This document shows, piece after piece, positions 8,479 to 30,678 of a stretch of DNA of 64,000 bases. How positions within the stretch are numbered: the first letter of the stretch is position 1; each line of letters opens with the position of its first letter. The notes below the pieces were generated by a model. That model was not told the DNA's origin. It did not search any database and saw only the letters and a program-made list of their open reading frames with translations. Position numbers and translations under genes: made by a program. Source of the stretch: Ancylonema sp. (Eukaryota); assembly GCA_050230475.1 (NCBI GenBank), contig JBFLGF010000225.1:1-64000 (forward strand). Reading direction: 5' to 3'.

Positions 8479-11293
8479 GCTATGTCACCACCTACCTCGC
8501 TAATGGCTTCATCAGGCCCTCCAAGTCCCCGGCCGCCGCTCCAGTCATGTCGTCAAGAGACCTGACGGCAAGCTGCGATTAGTCGTCGACTACCGAGGTC
8601 TCAACAAAGTCACCATCAAGACTCGATTCCCCCTTCCCCTCATCCCCGAAATGCTGGACCGACTCCATCTGGCCAAGATATTCACAAAGATTGACCTCAG
8701 AAATGCTTACCATCAGGTACGTGTTAAGGAGGGGGATGAATGGAAGACTGCATTCCGGTGTCGTCGACGGACACTTCGAATACCTGGTCTGTCCACTTAC
8801 GCGCCTGCTATGTTTCAATATTTCATGAACGATATCCTAAGAGAATACCTTGATGTTATTGCGGTCGGCATCCTTGATGACGTTATCGTCTTTTCCGCAA
8901 CCCCCTCCGAGCATGTGGCTCATGTTCGTAGCATCCTTCAGGTCCTGCGAAAACATAAACTTTATGCCAAGATTGAGAAATGCGAATTCGACAAAGACAG
9001 TATGACATTTGTGGGCTACATGGTCTCTAAGGCAGGCATTGGCATGGACCCAACAAAAGTTTCTGCTATCTTGGAGTGGCCTACCCCCAAGTCGGTGAAG
9101 GAGGTCCAGTCCTTCTTGGGCTTCGCCAACTTCTACCGCAAGCTCATCCTCCACTACTCCTCTCTCTCCACTCTCCTCACCTCCCTCACCCGCAAGGGGG
9201 TCAAGTTCATCTAGTTCAGCCAGGCAGATGCAGCCTTCCGCGCCCTCCAACAAGCCTTCACTTCTGCCCCCATCCTCCGCCATTTCCAACCTGACCTACG
9301 TCTGACCATCGAGGCGGACGCCTCCGACTACGCCCTTGGGTGCATTCTCTCCCAACCCTCTTCTGATGGCACACTTCATCCTGTGTGGCTTTTATTCACG
9401 CAAGTTCACGCCTGCTGAATTAAATTACCCCCTATATGATAAAGAGTTATTGGCAGTGGCTCAGGCGTTTAAGCAATGGAGTGTGTATGTTGAAGGTGTT
9501 GTCCACCCTGTACGTGTCTACACTGACCATAAGAACTTGGAATATTTTTCCACAGCTCGTACCACCTCCCGCCGGGGTGGGCAGCAGCCCTCTCTACCTA
9601 TAACAACATCATCACCTATCGAAAAGGAGTCGCCAATGGCAAGCCAAACGCCCTGTCTAGGCGGCTAGACTACCTCCCCCCTCCCCTTCCCTCCATCCCC
9701 ATCCTGTCTACCAAACCTCCCTTGCTTCACACTCCCTACCTTGTCGGCGCGGGCGTTCTTCGTCTTCCAAACGACCCCCTCCTCCCTGACATTGCAGCAG
9801 CTCAAGCGGGGGACCCCAACTTATTTGCATCCATTGCCAGGCTTAAAAGGGGACGTGGCGGGGAGTCAGACCCCGCACTACCGAGTGGCAGCCCATCGGG
9901 CAGGTCGGATGATCAACAACTTCTTCTCTAAGGGGGCCTCCTCTACCACCAAGGCCGCCTACTCATTCCTCCGACCTCGTCCGGCCTCATCTTGAAAATT
10001 CTACAGCAGTACCATGACTCTCCTCTAGCCGGACACTACGGGGTGGCCCGTACACAAGCTCTCGTCTCTCAACACTACATATGGCTTAGACTAGCTGCAA
10101 TAGTGGAGAGCTATGTCAGGAGCTGTGACACGTGCGCACGCAATAAGGTGGTGCGACATGCTCCCTTCGGACTCTTTCCCCCCTTCCCATCCCTTCCAGG
10201 CCGTGGTCTAGTGTGTCCCTCGACTGGATCACTAATCTTCCTCCTAGCTAATACCATGACGTTATTCTCGTCATCGTGGATCGCCTAACCAAGCAAGCGA
10301 TCTTCATCCCGACCACCAAATCGATGCCGGCTCCAGATGTCGCGGCGATGTTCCTCCCGCATGTGGTCAAGGTTCATGGCCTTCCCGAAACCCTGGTCAG
10401 CGATCGCGACCCCATCTTCACTTCCCACTTTTGGCGTCGTCTCATCGAGCTTCTGGGGATCAAGGCCAACCGCTCATCTGCCTTCCATCCCCAGACAGAT
10501 GGACAAACGGAGCGCCTCACTTCAGTCCTAGAGCAGTATCTCAGGATCTACTGTGACTTCCAGCAAACTGATTGGGCCGCTCTCCTCCCCAGGGCAGAAT
10601 TCAGTTACAACAATTCCAGATATTCTGCCACGACTTTGACTCCGTTCTTCGCCAACTACGGATTTCATCCTCGCATGTCCCTGCTGCCTACATCTCCAGA
10701 CTCGACAATTCCTGGTGCCGTCCAGACTCGTCAATTCCTGCTGCCGACTCCTATGTGGAGCGCCTTCAGGTGGCTCAAACAGTTCATGGAGACATCTGCC
10801 AATCGGCGTCGTAGGCGGGCCCGGGCCCCACCATTTGTCCCAGGCAACAAAGTGTGGCTCTTGCGCCGACACATTTCGACTACTCGTCCGTCAAAATTGG
10901 ATGTCCGCCAACTTGGCCCTTTTGCAATCATTGCCCAGGTTGGCTCGTCCGCTTTCCACTTGGATCTTCCTCACTCTATGTAAATTCATCCTGTCTTCCA
11001 CGTCAGCCTGTTGGAGCCCTACGTCGAGAACACTTTTTCGGGACGTGTCGTGGCCGCTCCCCCAACCATCTGGGTGGACGGATTCCCTGAGTTCGAGGTC
11101 CAATCTATTCTGGACTCCAGATTCAGGCGAAAGAAACTCCAGTATTTTGTCGACTAGGTCGGTTACGACATCTCTGAGCGATCTTGGGAGCCAGTCAACA
11201 ATCTTTCGAACGCCACGTTAGCCATAGATACTTCTCATTCTAGTTTTCATAGCAAGCCCCAATATTTTGTCTAGATCTTTTGATGGGGGATCC

Positions 11294-11724
11294 TGTTAGG
11301 ACCACACTAGTGTGTGTCCCTAACTAGCTAGTACTCGTGTTTGTTGCTTAACCCGTTTCGACTGAGTGACCAAAGGTCCTTAGCTTTTAAGGTATTCCCG
11401 TCACTTAACTGTTTTCCGTACTTCAGTAATCAGTTCGTTAACGAGTCGTTCGCTTCGAGTGCTTAGAATAGTTACCGTTCTTACACTTGTTCCACCGTGT
11501 TCCTAGTCATTTGATTACTATATAGCATAGAAAGAAACCTCTATACATTCCGTCCTTATCAACTCATGTAATCGTGTTCTTTCTAAGTGCCTACCTTTCA
11601 TCTTCCCTTACTTTCCGCTTCACTCACGTCTCTTCTCAATTCCTTTTCCTTTCCATTCATTTATTCCTTCACTATTTCCTTTCCATCCTTCATTCTTTCT
11701 AAGCACATAGTTCACATCATTACA
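11294..11724 (+). repeat. 3' LTR of the gypsy element
   Basis: Follows the PPT; TGTTAGGACCAC...ATTACA; followed by TSD CTAGG. Confidence 0.95.
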
Positions 11725-12251
11725 CTAGGCGTGAGCGTTGAGGTGTTGAGTAGCGTTATTGACAATGGCTATGATCGTTTCTGAGTTTAGAGCAAGCCAG
11801 GCTTAGTGGAACTCCACTATCCAATTCGCATTTGATTCACATAGGAATTCAGATGTGTCGAAAAGGGTGAAAACAACTTTGCACGGAGCTCACTTTTAGA
11901 CGCGATGGTCCGAAGTGATCTCGATTGGGGTATATATGCCATTTGCGGCAGTGAGTCACACTACCAAACGAAATGGGCGTATATTGCAAGCCCAATTATG
12001 TGAACCACGTGATTATAATCACTTGAGTCAATTCCACCAACATTTCTAACTTTCGGTAAAGATCTACGGTCCACGTTTATTCTGAATTCGATGTCTGTTT
12101 TTAGAATGTTTGTCAGAAGTGTGACGTGGATCTTAAATGCCAGCTCATTTGTTATAATACGCGTATCAGCTGTTGTGAGGTTTGTTCTACATCGCGTATA
12201 TTTATGTCGTTACAACGAATCTACGCCACCGATCTTGTACGGCCTAACAGT

Positions 12252-12364
12252 TGTCATATAGAAGAAAAACGTGTCATATGTAACGACCATTAACCATTGC
12301 GCCTCCTCTTTGTCATGTATTATGTACAAATGCGCTTGCGATGTGAATTGAGTTTTGTGTGTCA
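12252..12364. repeat. 113-bp TG..CA direct repeat, copy 2; probable short LTR on the minus strand
   Basis: Matches 5294-5406; on the minus strand it is immediately preceded by a PPT-like TCTTCG(G)nAG tract (12365-12379). Confidence 0.8.
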
Positions 12365-14164
12365 CTCCCCCCCCGAAGAGATGGTAAGCTCCGCGTGCAT
12401 CTCTTCGTAAAGCACGCGTACACATTCGCAAATGGTTGTAGCCTCATATCTGTAATTTCCCAATGAAAATAATACATGGTAAGTATTGGACACCGCTAAC
12501 TCTAGCCCACGCGGTAGGCAGAGAAAGGCCAACTTCTCTACCCACCTAGAGGCTAAAGGTATGGTGTGTAAAACAAAATATTGCCACCGTTGTGTAAACA
12601 AATCACCTGAGTGATGTCCAACCTTGTCAAAAAGGTGTTGTATATATAATCAACAAAAAAACACAAATATTTATATATTTATAATAATAATTGTTGTTAT
12701 TATTATTATTTTTAAATTTGTTTACTTGTTGGATCTTTTAGATCAATGACATGAGCTCGGTATAATTGAGATATCGCCCAATTATTCTAGGAAATCAATC
12801 TTGAATTGATTTCACCCGCCTACCATAAGGTGGTTATGGATTTGTCGGGATTTGATCCCATTTAAGTCTTGTTGATTCATCAACCACTTAAATTTAACAT
12901 GGAATGGAAAAATTGTAAACTGGAATACAAATTGTATATCAAAATGAATAGTACATTCACCATGCATTGGGAACTCGGCAATTCCGTACCACACTAAAAT
13001 AAGCAAGCAATCTATCCTCCTCCAAAGCCGATGACAAAAAAACCCCCACATAATCCTTTGTCCCTAGCGGAACCCCCAATGTAGTATGTAGGGATTTCAA
13101 TCAAATTGAAGGGGTTCGAAGTGGGGGATTAACTAGAAACAAATGCCAGAGCTCCTCGCTGGACGTAAGGCGTTGGCACTGGTTTTTGACCACCACGTGT
13201 CCAAGTATTCCGACGCTTGCGTACTAACCCCGCCACAACAATAACATGCATGCTATATCGCGAAATAATACGCGTTGCGGCCGAAGATCGTATACTGGTA
13301 CGGTATGCACAGCTACTGTAGGGATGGGACACGGCTAGAATGGGATGGGATGTGGGTGTGGGAGTGGGGCTTGTGGTAACCGAAAATAAGTTGAAAGTGG
13401 TGGGTGGGAAAATAAAAATCAATAGAAAATGGGAGGGGTTAAGTGGTGGGGTGATTGTTATAAACTATAATTACCTTTTAAATAAGTGGTAAATTAGATT
13501 TGATCATTTCGGTACATAATCCCGATACGGCGATCTTTCGCAATTAATAAAATACCATCCCCCCCCCCCCCCGAATAATTATTTAGATGAGTGTTATCTT
13601 TGGCCGCTACGGTAGTTCACTTGCATCGAAACAGTTTTTCGTGTGTGTTTCTGTCTTGTCATGGAAGTTGTATGGCGACCTCTGGCAACCAATTGGCGTG
13701 TTAAAAAGGCACAAATGAACGCCGTGCGTGGATTTTTCAGGGCTTATTTACGCCCTAGCATTGTGAATTTGCCGCATTATACCACAAACGGCGACTACGG
13801 TATGCGCCATAAATACTAGCGGCGCACTGCAAGGAGGGTCATATGAATTTCTTTTGCCTTCAGCCTGACTACAAGACTCTGTATGAGAAGACAGGAGTGC
13901 TGTTTAGTAATTGCAGTAGTTACCGCCCGGTAGACTGATCCGAGCTGCGACAATTTCAGGTTCCGTAGACCAGAGCGGTGCTGATATTATCCAGCCAGAG
14001 AAGTTTTCAGGCATCAGTAATGCTCTCTGGAGCCATCCGAGAGCGTATAATGTAAAACTGAAATTAAACCATTGTTTTTGTCCAACTTGAAGTTTTCGAT
14101 AATAAAATACAATTTCAAACCAGGTGCGATACTCGAGGGGCCGTCGCTCCGGACCACCTTCGCA

Positions 14165-15130
14165 ATGCCTTCGATTCTGATGCAGGTCCGCTTTAGGAAA
14201 CATAGGGATTGGATGTGTAGACGGCTCGATGTATGCATGCGCGTTCCGGAAAATAGCTCCGTATTTATTTTCGACATTCGTGTACTTTTACTACATTGCC
14301 TGTTCCACCCTGTCCACCTTTCAAATCACTGAATCTCGCTGTCTGCTGTTGTCAGGAGCGGGTTCTCGGTCTGGTGTTGGGAGCGACCGCCGGCAGTGCA
14401 GCCGCTCTCTTTGTGCAGCGTTCCATTTGGCATTCTACGGCAGTAACGGCCGAGGCGCTAGCTCATGGCCGACTTCCACCAGCAGTCATCCCACCGGTAT
14501 GTACAGATAGCACCACCGGTATGTACAGACAGCATCAAACCTTGAGGCATGTTTCCTTGACGTGTCTGTCCGGTTTCCGATTTCTGTCCGATTTCTGAGT
14601 CACCATACGGCAATGTCGGTGCTGGAAACGGTAGTCTCGTCCTCTGCCCAATCGAACATTCGCTTTCAGCACCAAATACGTTGAACCCTCATCTGATTCC
14701 TGACCCTCGCATTTGAAAACGAGGTCAATCTATTGCAATGCTCTCATGCGAGAGCATTGCACCAACCTGAAACTTGTGGAAATTGGGAAAGTCCACAGGG
14801 AAGTTGCGGAGGTTGAAATGCTTTGTATCCTATTCATGGTTCTTCTTCCAGCTCAGCTGCAAATAATTTCGCTCTCCTTTTGCCTTGCATGCCCTTCCCT
14901 CATTACAGTACTTGAAATGAAGATACCGAACAAGCTCCAGCTTGAGCAATCCACAATCAGCTCGGTAATGATTCGGGTGGGTGGGTTGGGTTGGGTTGCT
15001 CTGGGGTTTTCAGTCTGAGCCACTCCTTTTTGGGCAAGAGACGAGGGAGCATTTCAGGCGTGTTTGGAACTCGTCCGTTGACTCCTCTCTAGGATCTCTC
15101 GTCTCTTACCTAGGGTCTAGAGGATGGTAG
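14165..15130 (+). CDS. Small conserved membrane protein, MICOS Mic12/QIL1-like (92 aa)
   Basis: Exons 14165-14185, 14356-14496 and 15014-15130 with GT-AG introns give MPSILMQERVLGLVLGATAG...EHFRRVWNSSVDSSLGSLVSYLGSRGW*. It has an N-terminal Gly-rich TM segment and a C-terminal WN motif. Confidence 0.7.
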
Positions 15131-15887
15131 AGTCGATTTCGTTGCAAGGAGTAGAGAGTAGTTATGATGTTATAATAATCAGCAAAACGGTGTGTTGGCA
15201 TTACCTACGCTCTACCTCACCTCACTTTGTCGAGTGAGGATACAAGTGAAGTCGGCGTGTACTCTCATAGTGTGAATTTTTAAAATTTAGGAACTCACAG
15301 TATGTGTGTGTCACCATTTTTTTCGCTCGCTACAAGCACCATGGCAGCAGCTTGGTTGTCGCAAAGAACACATTGAGCAAACATCAAGTTCGTGAAAAGC
15401 TGCTGAGGAAAGGTTGTTGTGACATGCTGATATGCAGAAAGTTGTGATGTGATGATGCCTGCGTAATTGGATGAGTGAAGGCAATGAACGTCCATACATG
15501 TGCATGATACACAAATAATTTAGAGCATTTGCAGCCCACAGTTGAACATTGGAGCGGATTTTGTGCCTCTTCTCGTACAGGCTGTCGTTTGTTGGTTCGC
15601 TTACACAACGGATGTTTGCTCTCTCGAGAGAGTCGGATGCCAAAGGAGTCGAGCTCCCAATGTCAACTGCTTCCAAATACTCCTAACCTACGACTACCCC
15701 TAAAAATTAATATCAATTTTTTTGAACCCCAAAGCGACAACACCACCCTTCTCTTTCGCTACACGCTTGCCCGCGAACATTACTTGATACATTTTCCACT
15801 GCAAAGAGAACATCGGAAAAAGGACCCCAATGCCGATGTCGATTTTAACGTCGACAAGGGCATGGAGGCGAGCGACACACTAACCCC

Positions 15888-21857
<5,970 letters not shown>

Positions 21858-22582
21858 ACAACAGGAACTGCTGGGACACCGAAAAAAAATCCGTGCTCCA
21901 GATGTAGCAGACCTGTCGCTCTAGCCTGCCGCTGATAAGGTCTGTCCCCCTTCCAGATGTAATGGGCTCCCACAGCAAAGTCTTTGAAATGGATCGACTT
22001 TAGTGTTTCGCGTGTCTGGGGGGAACAGTAGGAGGAACAAGGGGCTCTGAAAGAGTCCCGCCTTTCTGCCAGGCGGAACTCCCGGCTTCTGAAATTGCGT
22101 TTTCGAGTGCCAGCACGCTCTTTCCACGTCCGTGTCCTACATATTATTCAAGTCGAAATGAAAAACTTGTGCACTGTATGTGAGTAGAACAAATACTTTG
22201 TAATTTACCGGCTATAACGCGCGACGGCAATTATAAAGTCGGTCACCTGGTCTCACTTTTGACACGCGAGTTTGTCCTCCCGCAAAAACTCCATCCACTT
22301 CTTTCCACCCGTTCTGCAACCCTCGGGTTTTTGTGTGAAGAATGCCCATGAATTTTACGTGAACGTTCTCAATACACCACGAACATATGCTCACTGGAGT
22401 GATGCTAGTTTGCTACCACGACTGACACATTCTTTCATTGTTCTTCCTTCTTGACCCGCGTCTTCTCACTAGATGCCATATTAAGTGCTGCTTGGCGTCA
22501 GTTTGCTGAGGATTAGTGTGTTTGATGGTTGAATTCAACCAGTGATAACGAGGTCGCTCTCTTTAAATTAGCCGGTGTGTAA

Positions 22583-27430
<4,848 letters not shown>

Positions 27431-28595
27431 ATCATTTAAGTTTTGCTTTGACTCATTGCATTGCGGCTGAGCGCAAACAAATGGTGTTGTTGTATAGGAA
27501 TTTGTATCAATGTCGGGAGGTCGGAATCTATGATTACTGTTATTAGATGATGTAGTGATTGAATAAGGGAGTGATTGAGTTGTAAATGGTTTTCTCTGTT
27601 ATAATTGTACCTACTTTGGAGGCACAAATTTTGATTGTCAGATCTGCGTAGATTCGAGGGATGCATAATGTTTGGGTGAATGTGTTAATTATCCTATGAA
27701 TGGATGTTCGCAAACCTTGTGTACAAGCTGGTCTGTTTGAACACAATGATTGTGAGAAGTTGTCTCATGTCGACTTGCCTTGCTTTTTCACTGTTTTGAT
27801 AAAACAAATGAGTGCATGTCATAACAACAAAATGAAACAGCATATTGTGCCAACTTCTTAGGCAGAATAAAGGAATCTCTAAAGTAACTTGGTTATGCTA
27901 TAACATGTAGAGAAAGGTGATAATTGCGATCATAAGACATTGCTTATTTGCATGGCTTATGATGCTTTACTCCTGTCTTTGTCGGTATGTTTCATGACAC
28001 AAGCACAAATAAGCCAACATGATCTGAGTATCTTGTAAAACCGCTGGATGTGTACGGGGACAGTTGAGGAGCTGATCCAACAATTCCCCTTGAGTCAAAA
28101 GTCTAATAAACTCATCAAAGATAAGTATCTACGTTATTTGTAGGTCAAGTTGATTACACACCCTAATCCATCATCAACTCCACACATACGACTGCAAACA
28201 CCTCAAGGCAACTGCCTCCATGCCTACTTGTTTCTTCAAGCAAGGCCATGAATTGCATTTGCGCCCATCCATCCTTGCTTGGAACATTTGCATGAATGGT
28301 CCGATACTCCTCATAGCCCGACACACTTTTTACCTTCGCCAGCTTTCTTTCATGCTTGATATTTTCCTCGAATATCTAAGCACTAGGCCCCTCAGACTCT
28401 TCCTCACTGCTTCCAGAATCTTCTTGAATAAGAGTGTCATGCATGTACCTACCTAAGAGACTGCCCATGACATGAAGGATAAATGTTGCATCAGCATGAA
28501 TGATGTGGACGCTGTGTGAACCACTGGCAGAGGTTGGAATGGGGCGGCTCTCTGAAGCAACTTGGAGGAGATTGGAAGAGAAGCCAGAGCGACAN

Positions 28596-29069
28596 AGAGA
28601 GACTCTATTCAAAGCTGTGGAGTCGAGCCATAAGGAAGCAGACACCTGTGGTACTGAGCTGCACTGCTTCCGCCAGCTGGCGGCGCAGGAGGGCCTGGCA
28701 GGTCCTCAGCGAATCCAGGCGCTGGGGAAGGAGGTGAAGCAGCAGATGGAACGAGAGAGGGGGTTTCAGCTCCGGTACGAAAACCTTTTGGTAGAAAGAG
28801 ACAGTCTTAAAAATGTGATCCAGAAGCATGCGGCGCAGCACGACTCGGCAGGACTCATTGAAGCGAGGCAGGGAGAAAACGGGCACAGGGAGGGGGAGGG
28901 GGAGGGCGAGGGGGAGGGGGTGGGGGTGGGGGTGGGAGTGGGGAAGGGGGATGGGGCTGCTGAGGCGGTAAGTATGGAAGGGGATGGGGAGGAGGGACAA
29001 CCTATTGGTCCACCTCAACCTATGGAGGGAGTAGAGGTGACTGACGACGCAGCTATGGTGGTCGTGTAG
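28596..29069 (+). other. Second, diverged copy of the CDC5 last exon (starts mid-exon after an N)
   Basis: Near-identical peptide ETLFKAVESSHKEADTCG...AAMVVV*; no acceptor because it begins at the N at 28595. Confidence 0.9.
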
Positions 29070-30026
29070 ATCATTGAAGGTTGACTCTGAATCACTGTAT
29101 TGCTGCTACTAGAGGGCAAACACATGGTGTTGTTGTTTAGGAATTTGTTTCAATGTCAGAAGGTCGGAATCTATGATTACTGTTGTCAGATGAACGAGTG
29201 AGTGAATGAGGGAGTGATCGAGTGATTGAGTTGTAAATGGTTTTCTCTACTATAATTGTACCTACTTTGGAGGCTCAAAGTTTGATTGTCAGATCTGCAT
29301 ATATCTGAGGGATGCACAATATTTGGGTGAATGTGTTGATTATCCATTGGATGAATGTTCACAAACCTTGTGTACAAGCTGGTCTGTTTGAATATAATGG
29401 TTGTGAGAAGTTGTCAAATTTCGACTTGCATTGCTGTTCCACTGTTTTGATCAAACAAATAAGTATATGTCAATAACAGCAAAATGAAAAGCATTTTGTG
29501 CCAGCTTCTTAGGCAGAATAAAGGAATCTGTAAGGTAACTTGGTTATTTTACAAGTTGTAGAAGAAAGTGGTACTCGTGATCATAAGACATTGCCAATTT
29601 GCATGGCTTGAGATACTTTGCTCTCTCATCTTTGATAGTATCTTTCAGCATACGAGCACAAATAACCCAAAATAATCTGAGTATCTTGTAAAACCGCTGG
29701 ATGTGTATGGGGAGAGTTGAGGAGCTGACCCAACAACTCCCTCTGAGCAAAAAGTCTGATAAACTCGTCAGAGTGAAGTATCTACATGATTTGCATGTCA
29801 AATTAATTTCCTCACCCTAATCCGTCATCAACTCCACACACACGACTACAAACACCTCATCGCAACTGCCTCCATGCCTACCCGTTCCTTCAAGCAAAGC
29901 CATGACTTGCATTTGCGCCCATCCATCCTTGCTTGGATCATTTGCATAAATGGTCCGATACTCATAGCCCAACACACTTTTTGCCTCCACCAGCTTTCTT
30001 TCATGCTTGATATTTTCCTCGAATAT

Positions 30027-30678
30027 CTAAGCACCAGGCTCCTCAGACTCTTCCTCACTTCTTCCAGAATCTTCTTGAACAGGAGTGTCATGCATGTACC
30101 TACCTGAGAGACTGCCCATGAGATGAAGGACAAATCTAGCATCAGCATGAATGACGTGGACGCTGTGTGAACCACTGGCAGAGGTTGGAGTGGGGCGGCT
30201 CTCTGAAGCAACTTGGAGGAGATTGGGAGAGAAGCTAGAGCGACAAAGAGGACAGTCGCGTGGATTTGACGTTACATTTTGGGAGCAGAGGAACCACTTG
30301 ATCACACAGGTCAGGTGCATTTGGTGACCGCACCTAAAAAAAAGTGCAGGGAACATGCTAAATGAATACAAGATTGGCTTTCTGTGTCTCATAGGAAGGA
30401 CCTTAAGTGTGAACAGGCAACCATCTGACAGATTATGAGTCTCATATCGTAATGTGCATGCAATACAAGGGTATCACAGACACAAGAAGAGCTGAAGCTG
30501 ACCCCAAAGTGACAATTTCCACAAAAGCTCGGTCTATTGTCTGTTGTGACAACTTGGTGCCGATGACGGGCGTAAAGATCTCATCTATGCACACAGGGCA
30601 GATCACTCCGTCTGTCTTGCTCGAGTCATTTGTCCACCCCGTCGATTCTGCAGGACTTGCAGGTTGACAAGCCGCCAT
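30027..30678 (-). CDS. RING-H2 finger protein (putative E3 ubiquitin ligase)
   Basis: Exon 1 ...VICPVCIDE...IVTLG| spliced (GT-AG) to CGHQMHLTCVIKWF...DCPLCR gives the C3H2C3 pattern. A diverged 3' fragment is also present at 28376-28594. Gene ends are uncertain. Confidence 0.8.

Larger units (their letters stand above)
7023..11274 (+). pseudogene. pol: gypsy pol (PR-RT-RH-INT-chromodomain), interrupted at 7845-8478
   Basis: Motifs as listed for the element. C-terminal EFEVQSILDSRFRRKKLQYFVD*VGYDISERSWEP (about 11089-11193) is a canonical chromodomain with a TGG>TAG stop. Confidence 0.93.
5428..11724 (+). mobile_element. Full-length decayed Ty3/gypsy chromovirus LTR retrotransposon
   Basis: TSD CTAGG at 5423-5427 and 11725-11729; 431-bp LTRs at 5475-5905 and 11294-11724; PPT GATGGGGGA; gag, then PR (LIDSGAS), RT (KIDLRNAYHQ, LDDVIVFS), RNase H (EADASDY, YDKELLAV, YTDHKNL), INT (HDSPLAGHYG, VSDRDPIFTS, HPQTDGQTER), GPF motif and chromodomain. 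Confidence 0.96.

Noticed and set aside
13840..14050. Possible snRNA/snoRNA upstream of the small gene
   Set aside because: No recognisable U1/U2/U3/U4/U5/U6 signature or convincing C/D box pair.
30027..30029. TAG reassignment (alternative genetic code)
   Set aside because: The Mic12-like, CDC5 and DCC1 genes end at TAG at the expected positions, and conserved exons contain no internal TAG or TAA.
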